Below, one piece after another: positions 31,067 through 40,458 of a DNA stretch of 64,000 bases. The stretch's first letter is position 1; each line of letters begins with the position of its first letter. Under the pieces are notes generated by a model, which worked only from the letters and a program-made list of their open reading frames with translations, was not told the origin of the DNA and ran no database searches. Both the position numbers and the translations under genes were made by a program. Origin of the DNA: Alphaproteobacteria bacterium (GTDB lineage Bacteria; Pseudomonadota; Alphaproteobacteria; GCA-2731375). The DNA is taken from assembly GCA_965232515.1 (NCBI GenBank), contig CBDDPY010000002.1:6912001-6976000 (forward strand), read 5' to 3'.

Positions 31067-32059
31067 CTATCCCGCCGACCGAAGCGGAAGGTCGTCGCGG
31101 ATGCAGGCCGTCGCCCGTCCGCCGCCCTTCGGTCTCAGTTTCATCGGCGCATGCCGGCAGTCGGCGATCGCGTAGGGACAGCGCGGATGGAAAACACATC
31201 CCGACGGCGGCGCGATCGGATTAGGCGGCTCCCCCTGCAGAACGATCCTGCGGCGCTTCCTGGTCCCGGGATGGCTGGGCATCGCGTCCAGAAGGGCCTC
31301 GGTATAGGGGTGGGCCGGCGCGCCAAAGACCTCGTCGCTCGCGCCGGTCTCGACCAGATGCCCCAGATAGAGGACGGCGATCCGTCCCGCGAGTTGATGA
31401 ACGACGCGTAGATCATGGCTGATGAACAGCATCGCCAGATCGGTCTTTTCCTGAAGCGCCTTCAGCAGATCGACGATCTCGGCCTGGATGGACACGTCCA
31501 GCGCCGAAACCGGTTCGTCGGCGACGATGATGCGCGGTTCGACGGAGAGCGCGCGCGCAATGGCAACGCGCTGTCGTTGTCCACCTGAAAGCGCCTTGGG
31601 ATAACGGCGGCCGAACGCGGGATCGAGCCCCACGCGTTTCAGCGACGCGGCGACTCGGTCCGGCAGCTCGGATCGCGATGCCAGCCCGTGCAGGCGCATT
31701 CCCTCGGCGATCGTCGATCCGATACGCATCTTGGGGTTCAGGCTGGCATAGGGGTCCTGGAAGACCGGCTGCATCTGCCGCCTCAGGGGACGAAGCTGCC
31801 GTACGGTGAGCCCGGTTATCGGACGCCCATCGAACGAAACCTCACCGGACGACGGCTGCAGAAGCCGGATTGCCAGCCGGCCGAGCGTCGACTTGCCCGA
31901 CCCGGATTCCCCGACAAGCCCCAAGACCTCGCCTTCGTGGAGGTCGAAGCTGGCCTCCGAAACGGCGTGCACGACGCCGCTGGCGCGGCCCAACCAGCTC
32001 GCGCTGCGGCCGAACGACTTGCTGACCGCGTCGACCTTGAGGAGCGGCTGCGCCGTCAT
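31067..32059 (-). CDS. ABC ATPase (DppF-like)
   Basis: [16 protein letters not shown]. Confidence 0.92.
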   Translation of the reverse strand: MTAQPLLKVDAVSKSFGRSASWLGRASGVVHAVSEASFDLHEGEVLGLVGESGSGKSTLGRLAIRLLQPSSGEVSFDGRPITGLTVRQLRPLRRQMQPVFQDPYASLNPKMRIGSTIAEGMRLHGLASRSELPDRVAASLKRVGLDPAFGRRYPKALSGGQRQRVAIARALSVEPRIIVADEPVSALDVSIQAEIVDLLKALQEKTDLAMLFISHDLRVVHQLAGRIAVLYLGHLVETGASDEVFGAPAHPYTEALLDAMPSHPGTRKRRRIVLQGEPPNPIAPPSGCVFHPRCPYAIADCRHAPMKLRPKGGGRATACIRDDLPLRSAG

Positions 32060-33099
32060 GGCGACGCGTCCTGCCAGCGCAAGCACCGCGACTGCCAGTC
32101 GGGGTTCGTCTCGACAAGCGGCAGATGGTCTTCGCAGCGCGGCTCCGCCAACGGACAGCGTGCGCGAAAACGGCATCCCTCGAACGCATCATCAATCACC
32201 GGCACGATTCCCGACCTCGCGCGCCGATGCGCCACGGGCGCCTGGCCCGCCGGGTCGGGGAGACTCGCGAGCAGAGAAGCCGTATAGGGGTGCCGCGGCG
32301 CGACCAGCACGGCGCTCGCCTCGCCCTGTTCGACGAGTTGGCCGGCGTACATGACCAGCACCCGATCGGCGAAATCGGCGACTACGCCCAAGTCGTGGGT
32401 CACGAGTATGATGGCAAGCCCGCGCTCTCGCTGCAGTTCCTTGAGCAGATCAAGGATCTGCGCCTGAATGGTGACATCGAGCGCGGTGGTCGGTTCATCG
32501 GCGATCAGCAGCAGCGGCTCACCGGCAAGGGCGATCGCGATCATCACACGCTGGCGCATGCCGCCGGACAATTGATGCGGGTAGTCGCATGCCCTGTGCT
32601 CGGGCGCCGCGATGCCAACCTGGCGCAGCAATTCGACCGCCTCGGCCCAGGCCGCCTTGCGATCATAGCCGCGATGCAACTGGACGGTTTCCGCGATCTG
32701 GTCCCCGACACGGAACAATGGGTTCAGGCTGGCGCTCGCATCCTGGAAGATCATCGCCAGATCGCCGCCACGAATCCGGCCGAGCGTGCGCTCGTCGGCC
32801 GTCATCAGATCGCATTCGGCGCCCGTCCGGTCAAAAAACGAAACCGATCCGGACATCCGGACATTTCTCCCGTCAAGCAGCCGCATGACCGACAGCATCG
32901 AGACAGACTTGCCCGACCCGGACTCGCCGACGATGGCAAGCGTCTCTCCAGGGGTGACCCGGAAGGAAAGGTCGTCAACGGCATGGACGGTGTGCGTGCT
33001 GCCCCGGAAACAGGTCGTCAGACCATGCACCCCCAACGTGCCGGGCAACACCGTGGCCGAAACGTCTTCACGCACCGCCAGCGCCGGCGGGCCCGTCAT
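32056..33099 (-). CDS. ABC ATPase (DppD-like; start approximate)
   Basis: [25 protein letters not shown]. Confidence 0.9.
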   Translation of the reverse strand: MTGPPALAVREDVSATVLPGTLGVHGLTTCFRGSTHTVHAVDDLSFRVTPGETLAIVGESGSGKSVSMLSVMRLLDGRNVRMSGSVSFFDRTGAECDLMTADERTLGRIRGGDLAMIFQDASASLNPLFRVGDQIAETVQLHRGYDRKAAWAEAVELLRQVGIAAPEHRACDYPHQLSGGMRQRVMIAIALAGEPLLLIADEPTTALDVTIQAQILDLLKELQRERGLAIILVTHDLGVVADFADRVLVMYAGQLVEQGEASAVLVAPRHPYTASLLASLPDPAGQAPVAHRRARSGIVPVIDDAFEGCRFRARCPLAEPRCEDHLPLVETNPDWQSRCLRWQDASP

Positions 33100-33979
33100 G
33101 ACCACGCCCGCCCTCTTGCGCTGCGCCGGCGCCTTGTTCCGCCACCACCCTGAAACGTGCGGCCGTTGCGTCGGCGCCGTTGAAAAGCAGCGCGCAATCG
33201 CTGGTAACGGACACGAAATCAAAGCCGGCGCGAAGATGCTGCTCCGCGACATCACCATTGGGCGCAAGCACACCTGAAGATTTGCCCATGGTCCGCACGC
33301 GCTCACGCGCGTCTCGAATGGCCTCCATCACCCGAGGGTGATCCGGCCGACCGATGTGACCAAGGCTCGCGGCTAGGTCACTTGGTCCGAAAAACAAGGC
33401 GTCCACACCATCGACCGCAGCAATTTCTTCTAGCCGATCCAGCGCGCCGCGCGTCTCTATCTGCACGATCAAAAACAGATCTTGATGCGCATGCTGCAGA
33501 TAATTTTTCATTCGGCCGTAGCGGCTGGCCCGATGCATCAGCGCAACCCCGCGATGGCCGTGCGGCGGATAACGCATCGCGGCCACAGCTTGCGAAGCTT
33601 CCTCACCGCTTTGGACGAACGGCAGCATCACGGTGCGTACACCGGCATCCAGATACTTCTTGAGGAGAACGGAGTCGTTCCACGCGAGGCGAACGATCGG
33701 GACAAGAGATTTGCCCTCTAACGTCCTCAAATGCGACATCGCGTCGGCGAGCGTTAGCGGCGCATGCTCTCCGTCGATCAGAACCCAGTCAAACCCGGAA
33801 TAGGCCAACCCCTCAATCGCGTGCACCGAATTGAGCATCGACCAAATTCCCACAAGCGGTCGCTTGCAGGCCAAAGCATTCCGAAACGGATTGCCGTCCA
33901 AGGTCTCTTTAGACGTTGCATGATTGTCCACGACCTGAAACACCCTCCCCGATCCCCCGAACGGTAGCAGAGGGTTCAT
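33068..33979 (-). CDS. HpcH/HpaI (GarL/RhmA-like) class II aldolase (start uncertain)
   Basis: IDGEHAP, YPPHGHRG, VQIET, FFGPSDL. Confidence 0.9.
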   Translation of the reverse strand: MNPLLPFGGSGRVFQVVDNHATSKETLDGNPFRNALACKRPLVGIWSMLNSVHAIEGLAYSGFDWVLIDGEHAPLTLADAMSHLRTLEGKSLVPIVRLAWNDSVLLKKYLDAGVRTVMLPFVQSGEEASQAVAAMRYPPHGHRGVALMHRASRYGRMKNYLQHAHQDLFLIVQIETRGALDRLEEIAAVDGVDALFFGPSDLAASLGHIGRPDHPRVMEAIRDARERVRTMGKSSGVLAPNGDVAEQHLRAGFDFVSVTSDCALLFNGADATAARFRVVAEQGAGAAQEGGRGHDGPAGAGGA

Positions 33980-33995
33980 ATCGTCGCAACAATTA

Positions 33996-34030
33996 TATCA
34001 TCAGTAGAGATTTTATATCACTGGATGATA
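33996..34030. promoter_or_regulatory. Tandem putative IclR operators (TATCA-N5-TGATA-like)
   Basis: TATCATCAGTAGAGA and TATCACTGGATGATA; a near copy TATCACCAGTTGAGA lies at 35423-35437. Confidence 0.55.
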
Positions 34031-34045
34031 CTTTATTGCTGATGC

Positions 34046-34540
34046 TCAATCCGCCGGCGCGATTTCGAGGATCATCTCGATCTCCACGGTCATGTTCCCG
34101 GGCAGGCTGGGCACGCCAACAGCCGATCGCGCATGCCGGCCCCGCTCGCCGAACACCGCCCGCATCAGTTCGGAGCAGCCGTCGATGACCTCGGAATGAT
34201 GCTCAAAGTGCGGCGCGGCATTCACCAAACCCAGAATCCTGACGACCCGCGCGACACGCTCAAGCGTGCCAAGCTCCTGCTTCACGACAGCCAGTAGATT
34301 CGGGCCCGTGACCAGCGCATGTTCGCGACCTTCAGCGAGGGAAAAATCAATCCCGATCTTCCCCGCCGGGCGCGTTCCGTCGGGACGGCGCGGACCTTTC
34401 CCCGATAAATGCAATTGCGCCCCGCCGCGCGCCGCGTGCTCATACAGCCCCGCGCGCGCAGGTGGGGCAGGAAGCATCAGACCGAGCCGAGCGAGCCGTT
34501 GTTCGGCGCTTGCCGCCCTGGCTTCATGGCTCGCCGCCAT
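34046..34540 (-). CDS. RidA/YjgF-family protein
   Basis: GRHARSAVGVPSLPGNMTVEIE. Confidence 0.88.
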   Translation of the reverse strand: MAASHEARAASAEQRLARLGLMLPAPPARAGLYEHAARGGAQLHLSGKGPRRPDGTRPAGKIGIDFSLAEGREHALVTGPNLLAVVKQELGTLERVARVVRILGLVNAAPHFEHHSEVIDGCSELMRAVFGERGRHARSAVGVPSLPGNMTVEIEMILEIAPAD

Positions 34541-35372
34541 CCGTGCCCCCGTTCCATCCAAGGGCGAGAGAAACCTGGAACGCCGACTCCTTCACGACAT
34601 CGATCAACTCTCTGAAGCGGGCACTCTCGACCGAAACGCCGATTGTCGAGATGCTGAGGCCGGCAATCGTGCGGCCGGCGGAATCTCGGACCGGCGCGGC
34701 CGCGCACGTGACCAGCTCGTTGTACTCGCGGTCATCGATGGCATAGTCATTCTGCCTGATGCGGGCCAACTCTTCCTGAAAGGCCGACATGGAGGTAATG
34801 GTCTGGGGCGTCGCCCGTCGCATGCCGGCCGAACGGAGAATCCGCTCGATTTCTGCTGGCTGCTGGTGGAACGCGGCCAGCACCTTTCCCAGGCCATTGC
34901 AATGTATCGGTCGCCTGGAGCCGATCTGCGTGTTGATCCGCAACGGTTGCTCCGGCGGCTCGACCTTCTCGATGTAGGCGATGCTTTCATCGGCCAGGAT
35001 GGCCATCTGCACCGTTTCGTTCGTTGTCCTGCACGCCTCCTCCATGATCGGCCGCGCCACGTCGCGCACATCAAGCTGCCGCTGCGCACGAGTGGCGATG
35101 TCCAGCAGTGCGGGTCCGATACTCCATTTCTTATCGGCGGCGACGGCGACAAATCCGCCGCGTTCCAACGCCTTGAGAAAGCGTGCCACCGTGGCCTTGT
35201 GCAATTCGGCCTTCCCGCTCAACTCGGTGAGTGTCAGACCGGCGGAATGAACGGACAGGCAGCGGAGGATGTGCATCGTCCGATCGATGACACGAAACGC
35301 GTTCGACGCGTTGCGCCTGGAATCCTGGCCGTGCTCGGCGACCACACTTGGACCGTTCACATCGGACACCAT
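34524..35372 (-). CDS. IclR-family transcriptional regulator (start approximate)
   Basis: LTLTELSGKAELHKATVARFL HTH; GLGKVLAA; CAAAPVRD. Confidence 0.92.
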   Translation of the reverse strand: MVSDVNGPSVVAEHGQDSRRNASNAFRVIDRTMHILRCLSVHSAGLTLTELSGKAELHKATVARFLKALERGGFVAVAADKKWSIGPALLDIATRAQRQLDVRDVARPIMEEACRTTNETVQMAILADESIAYIEKVEPPEQPLRINTQIGSRRPIHCNGLGKVLAAFHQQPAEIERILRSAGMRRATPQTITSMSAFQEELARIRQNDYAIDDREYNELVTCAAAPVRDSAGRTIAGLSISTIGVSVESARFRELIDVVKESAFQVSLALGWNGGTDGGEP

Positions 35373-35453
35373 TGCAAAGTAACTCGGATCCGTTTCATAT
35401 CTTGTGACTTGATAATATTCGGTATCACCAGTTGAGACGACAGGCAAGCCGGA

Positions 35454-36566
35454 ATGCGACACTGTCCAAAGGTCACTATCCGCCGCGTTACGGCCTTTCT
35501 ATTCCGCGCGCCGATAGAGGTCCCCGTGCGCACGTCATTCGGTGTCATGATCGATCGGCCTATGTTGTACCTGCAGGTCGAGGATCATGAGGGCGCCACA
35601 GGATTAGGCGAGGTCTGGTGCAATTTCCCCTCTGTCGGCGCTGAGCATCGCAAGCATCTTGCCGAAACGGTCGTCGGGCCGTTGCTCGTCGATATCGGAG
35701 AGATCAGGCCCGGGGAGGTCTGCGAGACACTGATGGACCGGCTTCACGTCCTGGGGATCCAATCCGGTGAATGGGGACCGCTCCGCCAAGTGTCCGCAGG
35801 ATTGGATGCCGCGTGCCACGATCTGGCGGCGCGTCGGTCCGGCCTGCCCCTGTGGCGTTATCTCAACGAGCAAGCGGTGGGATGCATCCAATGCTACGCC
35901 AGTGGCATCGGACCGGAAACACCCGACACAGCGGCGGCAGGAGCCATGAAACAGGGCCACGTAGCGTTCAAGGTCAAGTTGGGCTTTGGAGATGAAACCG
36001 ATGCCCGTACGCTGGCGAACACGCGCGCAACGATCGGCCCGGGCAGGTGTCTCATGGCCGACGCCAATCAGGCATGGAAGATAGACCGCGCCCTGGCGCT
36101 CGCGCCGACGTTCTCGGCCTACGAGCTTACATGGCTGGAGGAGCCGTTGCGCGCCGACCGGCCGATTGACGAATGGAAGCGTTTGGCGGCGGTTGCGCCG
36201 ATGCCGCTCGCAGGAGGAGAAAACTTGGCGGGGCCATCGGACTTCAACGCGGCTATGACGCCTGCCTACCTGGGCTATCTCCAGCCGGACGTCGCAAAAT
36301 GGGGCGGCGTGTCAGGCTGTTTCGCGGTTGCCAGGCAAGCGGAAGCGAAAGGCTTGGTGTACTGCCCGCACTTTCTCGGCGGTGCCGTTGGCCTAATGAC
36401 GTCGGCGCACTTGCTGGCTGCGGTCGGCGGCGCCGGATTTCTAGAGGTTGACGTCAATCCCAACGAAATCAGGGATGCACAGCTTTGCGGGGTGTTCACC
36501 GTCCGAGATGGCAGGATACAACTTGGCGACCAATCCGGGATCGGAATCGATCTGGATCAGCGATAA
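35454..36566 (+). CDS. Enolase-superfamily (mandelate racemase/acid-sugar dehydratase) enzyme
   Basis: FKVK, ADANQAW, WLEEP, GGEN, CPH. Confidence 0.9.
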   Translation: MRHCPKVTIRRVTAFLFRAPIEVPVRTSFGVMIDRPMLYLQVEDHEGATGLGEVWCNFPSVGAEHRKHLAETVVGPLLVDIGEIRPGEVCETLMDRLHVLGIQSGEWGPLRQVSAGLDAACHDLAARRSGLPLWRYLNEQAVGCIQCYASGIGPETPDTAAAGAMKQGHVAFKVKLGFGDETDARTLANTRATIGPGRCLMADANQAWKIDRALALAPTFSAYELTWLEEPLRADRPIDEWKRLAAVAPMPLAGGENLAGPSDFNAAMTPAYLGYLQPDVAKWGGVSGCFAVARQAEAKGLVYCPHFLGGAVGLMTSAHLLAAVGGAGFLEVDVNPNEIRDAQLCGVFTVRDGRIQLGDQSGIGIDLDQR

Positions 36567-36791
36567 AGGCCAAGGGCGGGTTTGGATTCGTTCGTACCTC
36601 AGCCGATCGGCTATGACGCTTCTGAGCGCATGCCGGATTTAGGAAGGGCGCTTTGCTCACCGTCTCCTTATCGATAACGGCATCTCCCTGAGTTTCTCGC
36701 ACTCTGGGAGAATCTACGAGCAACGCGTTCTCCAAAACATTCAACGGCAGATTGCGCATCGAACGCTTGGATATGAAATAGCCCATGGGCC

Positions 36792-37594
36792 GGCATTGAT
36801 ACGTTAAGTGCCTAGGCGGAGCGATCAGGCGTCGCTACCGTCGCCGGATGACACCGATATCCTTCAAGCGACATCGCTTTCCGGCGGAAATTATCCGACA
36901 TGCGATCTGGCTCTATGCCCGGTTCACGCTATCGTTTCGCGACGTTGAAGAGATACTGGCTGAGCGTGGCATCGATGTTTCGAATGAGACGGTCCGGCGC
37001 TGGTTTCTGAAGTTTGGGCGGCTGATCGCCCGCAATCTTCGCCACAGCCGTCCGCGTGCCAGCGCTCGCTGGCATCTTGACGAGATGGCCATTCGGATAC
37101 GCAATCGAAAGTACTGGCTGTGGCGGGCAGTCGATGACGAGGGTGAGGTGCTCGACTTCCTGGTCCAGCGCCGGCGCTGCGCTCGATCGGCGAGGAGATT
37201 GCTTAGAAAACTGCTGAAGAAACAGGGCTTTGCGCCGAAGCGCATCACCACGGACAAGCTCAAATCGTACCTCGCCGCCATCCGCAAAGAGCGGCTTTCC
37301 GCAGTCCATGATCGGGGCTTGCGTGCAAACAATCGAGCGGAAAACTCACACCAACCGGTTCGTCGACGTGAGCGAAAACAGCAGCGTTTCAAGTCGCCGG
37401 GTTCAGCCCAACGATTCCTGTCGATCCACGCCGCCATCCAGAACGCCTTCTACATCTAACGCCACCTCCTGCCACGCCGTATCTTCAAGGCGTTCCGGGC
37501 CGAGACGTTTGCTGTCTGGCGGCACAGCTGTGCCGCAGTCTGATGCATGGTGCGGACCATTACGGCCAACCGCAGTAGTTAACGTGTCAATGCC
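36792..37594 (+). mobile_element. IS6-family insertion sequence, copy 2 (inverted relative to copy 1)
   Basis: Same IRs, same length, identical translated transposase. Confidence 0.93.
36848..37459 (+). CDS. IS6-family DDE transposase, C-terminally shortened by TAA
   Basis: Same 203-aa protein as 24203-24814. Confidence 0.9.
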   Translation: MTPISFKRHRFPAEIIRHAIWLYARFTLSFRDVEEILAERGIDVSNETVRRWFLKFGRLIARNLRHSRPRASARWHLDEMAIRIRNRKYWLWRAVDDEGEVLDFLVQRRRCARSARRLLRKLLKKQGFAPKRITTDKLKSYLAAIRKERLSAVHDRGLRANNRAENSHQPVRRRERKQQRFKSPGSAQRFLSIHAAIQNAFYI

Positions 37595-37648
37595 GATGTA
37601 ATCCTGGCATCCTTCTGGATAGACTTGAATCGTGCTTCGCATCACTAG

Positions 37649-37730
37649 TTTTCGCGTTCAACGTTGGACCTATACGGCAATCTTCAAGAATCTGAACTCT
37701 CGTTGGTTGCGGGCCCCCGCAACCAAACCA
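37649..37730 (+). pseudogene. Possible C-terminal relic of a large serine recombinase with att-like palindrome
   Basis: Frame reads LDLYGNLQESELSLVAGPRNQ; perfect 11-bp IR TTGGTTGCGGG-CC-CCCGCAACCAA at 37703-37726. Confidence 0.5.
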
Positions 37731-37930
37731 GACCAAATCAAGCAATAATTTCAAGGGCTTGTGGGAGTCTGTTTTTCACTGACCCCGCAGCCAATTGCGG
37801 CGGCTTCTGGAAACCGTGATTTTCGTTGGCTATGAGGGGCCGCCTGATGAATTTGCTATGAATAACCCTGAATTTCGCAGGTCGAAGGAAGCTCGTCCGG
37901 TTAGTTCTGAAGTGAACTCGGGGCTTCACC

Positions 37931-38412
37931 TAGAGCAAGATCGGGCTAGCTGGAATCGATAGGGGATTCCCGACGCGGGCTGAGATGTGATTGAAGATGT
38001 CTGCTGTAGAAGGAGGCCAGCAGACATGGCGCGACCTCTATCGAACGATCTTCGCGAACGTGTTGTGGCCCGGCATGAGGCGGGCGAGAGCATCCGGGCT
38101 GTAGCGGCGCTGTTTGGCGTGGCGCCGTCGACGGTCTCGAAGTGGGCGCAGCGGCGGCGCCGAACGGGCAGCGTGGCGCCGGAGAAGTTCGGCGGCCATC
38201 GACAGCCTCTGCTGGAGCCGCATCGGGCTTGGATCGAAGCCCGCTTTGGGGAGAGGCCCGAGTTGAGCTTGCAGGGTCTCCGAGCGGAGTTGGCGGCGCG
38301 CGGGGTCCAGGTGAGCTATGGCGCGGTCCAGAAGTTCGTGCGTGACGCCGGGCTCAGCTTCAAAAAAAACCGCGTTCGCCAGTGAGCAGGACCGGCCCGA
38401 CGTTGCCCGCCG
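37931..38412 (+). mobile_element. Truncated IS630-family element (left end, OrfA, A8 frameshift site; DDE domain missing)
   Basis: TAGAGC.. end; OrfA 38026-38385 MARPLSNDLRERVV; A8 at 38362-38369 then -1 frame KKTAFASEQDRPDVARR. Confidence 0.85.
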
Positions 38413-38478
38413 CGCGGATGAACCGGCGGCGCGACATGGCGCGCGGGCTAGCATGGCTCACGGTGGGTCGTCCTCGCA

Positions 38479-39150
38479 TCAGGCAGTGATCGGTGGGTGG
38501 TAGACAGTCACCGGCGGCGGCGACCCCTCGTACCGGCGCAGGTCGACGAGACAGGTCTGGGCGGCGCATCCCTGGCCGAGGCGGGAGGTACCGCGATCCT
38601 CGATCAGCATGTTCGCATTGCCGTGGCGGTCGAGGCCGGTCTCGGGATCGCGGTCGAGCCAAGCCCCTTCATAAACCACGACGACGCCGGGGCGGATCTG
38701 GTCGGTAACATTGGCGCCCGCCAACATCCGGCCACGCGCGTTGAAGACCTCGACGATGTCGCCGGAGCGGATGCCCCGGGACGCCGCATCGTCGGGGTTG
38801 ATCATGATCGGCTCGCGCCCGGCGATCTTCGCGGCCTTGGCAAGCGGCGCGTTGTCCATCTGGCTGTGCAGGCGCCATCTCGGGTGGCTGGAGACCAGAT
38901 GCAGCGGCGTTTCGACCGACGCGGCGCCCAGCCATTCCCGCGGCTCTAACCAGACAGGATGGCCCGGACAATCGCTGTAGCCGAAGCCGGCAATGGTCTC
39001 GGAGAAAAGCTCGATCCTGCCGGAGGGCGTTCTGAGCGGGAACCCGTCCGGAGCCTGCCGGAAATCGCCGAGGAAAACAAAGTCCCGATCGCCGGCGGGC
39101 AGCTCGAGCGCGCCCATTTCCCAGAACACGTCGAAGTCCGGCAGTTCGTA
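38479..39150 (-). pseudogene. C-terminal fragment of a second BisC-type molybdopterin oxidoreductase
   Basis: LRTPSGRIELFSE, RLHSQMD, TSRLGQGCAAQTCLV, paralogous to the 7706-10021 C-terminus; N-terminal three quarters absent. Confidence 0.85.
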
Positions 39151-39280
39151 CGCTTTGATGCACGGGTGGAAGTGCTGTTGCGGGATGCCATTGTGGCTTC
39201 TCAGATGCCGTTCCGCCTGGCTCCAGAAATTCTCGATCCCGTTGACGTGGTTGGCGTCGTTGGCGTCATCGGCGAACAGA
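39151..39280 (-). mobile_element. IS1595-family transposase relic
   Basis: Hand translation LFADDANDANHVNGIENFWSQAERHLRSHNGIPQQHF resembles the NHINGIENFWSQAKR motif. Confidence 0.7.
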
Positions 39281-39324
39281 CGCGGAACGCCCGTCTCCGG
39301 TCGCCGTGGACCGCGCTCTCAGAT

Positions 39325-39347
39325 TGTAAATTGTTTGACAATATACA
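39325..39347. promoter_or_regulatory. Putative GntR operator overlapping TTGACA upstream of the TRAP operon
   Basis: TGTAAATTGT-TTG-ACAATATACA, inverted repeat matching at 9 of 10 positions. Confidence 0.55.
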
Positions 39348-39418
39348 GAAGACGGTATTTGCTGCTGCGCGCGCTGAGCGAAAAAAGAAACGCGGCGCTT
39401 CAACAGAGAGGAAATACC

Positions 39419-40450
39419 ATGCCAAATCATCACAATTCCCGCACGTGCGAGCCTGACCGCCGTCGCGGGCTCCTGCTGGGCGCTTTGCTTCTCTCAATTT
39501 GGGCCCTGTTCTTCCCCGCCAGCGACGCCGCCGCTCAGGAATGGCCCGAACTTTCGTTCCGCGTGACCATGACGGTCTCCTCCGATGAGCCGTTGGGCCA
39601 AGGGGTGTCGCACTTCATAAGGCGGCTCGAAGAGGAAACGGATGGGAACGTAACGGTCGATTTCTTCCCGTCCGGGCAGCTGGGACAGGATCTCGAGGTT
39701 TTCGAGCAACTCTCCGATGGGACGGTGCAGATGCACGCCTCGGGCTTTGGTATCAATGCGAACTACAATTCGTTCTATGCCCCGTGGCTTTTCAGCAGCT
39801 TTGATCACGTTCAACGCGTGTTGGAGAGCAACATGGCTCAGCGCTGGAACGATGATCTCAGGGCGGAGCGCGGCGTCACCGTCCTGATGGCTTATCCGCG
39901 TGCAGCACGTCACATCACCAGCAACGGGCGGCCGATTGTGACGCCCGAGGACCTCAAGGGCCTGCGGATGCGCGTGCCCCAAATCCCGATCCTGTTCGAG
40001 ACTTTCGCCGAACTGGGCACCAACGCGGTCGCCATGAGTTTTGGCGAGGTCTATTCCAGTCTGCAGGCCGGTCTGATCGAGGGGCAGGAGAATCCGCTGC
40101 CCACCATCGCCGGCTTTTCAATCCAGGAAGTCCAAGGCTACATCAGCCTTACGCGGCATGTGCTCGCACCGGAGTATATCTACGTGCATTCCGAGTGGTG
40201 GGAAGGCCTTCCCGAGCACCTTCGCACGCTGATGACGGAGCTCCTTGTCGAGGGTCAAGAGATCGCGGCCGCCGCAACGGCCGAAGCCGAAGAAAAGATC
40301 GCCGCCGATATCCGTGCGGCGGGTGGAACCGAGATCGTCGAGTCCAACGTCGAGGCCTTCACGACCGCGGCTCGTCCGATCCTCGACCGCATCGGGCCGC
40401 AACACCTCGGCGAAGAGACCTACCGCGTCATCGTCGATCTCGCCGACTAG
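39419..40450 (+). CDS. dctP: TRAP transporter substrate-binding protein
   Basis: FPSGQLG, DLKGLRMRVP, EVYSSLQAGLIEGQENP; GAGG RBS. Confidence 0.92.
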   Translation: MPNHHNSRTCEPDRRRGLLLGALLLSIWALFFPASDAAAQEWPELSFRVTMTVSSDEPLGQGVSHFIRRLEEETDGNVTVDFFPSGQLGQDLEVFEQLSDGTVQMHASGFGINANYNSFYAPWLFSSFDHVQRVLESNMAQRWNDDLRAERGVTVLMAYPRAARHITSNGRPIVTPEDLKGLRMRVPQIPILFETFAELGTNAVAMSFGEVYSSLQAGLIEGQENPLPTIAGFSIQEVQGYISLTRHVLAPEYIYVHSEWWEGLPEHLRTLMTELLVEGQEIAAAATAEAEEKIAADIRAAGGTEIVESNVEAFTTAARPILDRIGPQHLGEETYRVIVDLAD

Positions 40451-40458
40451 ATCTGGCG

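Noticed and set aside
36567-36791. Minus-strand ORF MGYFISKRSMRNLPLNVLENALL next to IS6
   Set aside because: May be a gene remnant cut by the IS, but I cannot assign a family
37703-37726. tRNA gene
   Set aside because: Only the 10-nt acceptor end matches; no D, anticodon or T arm
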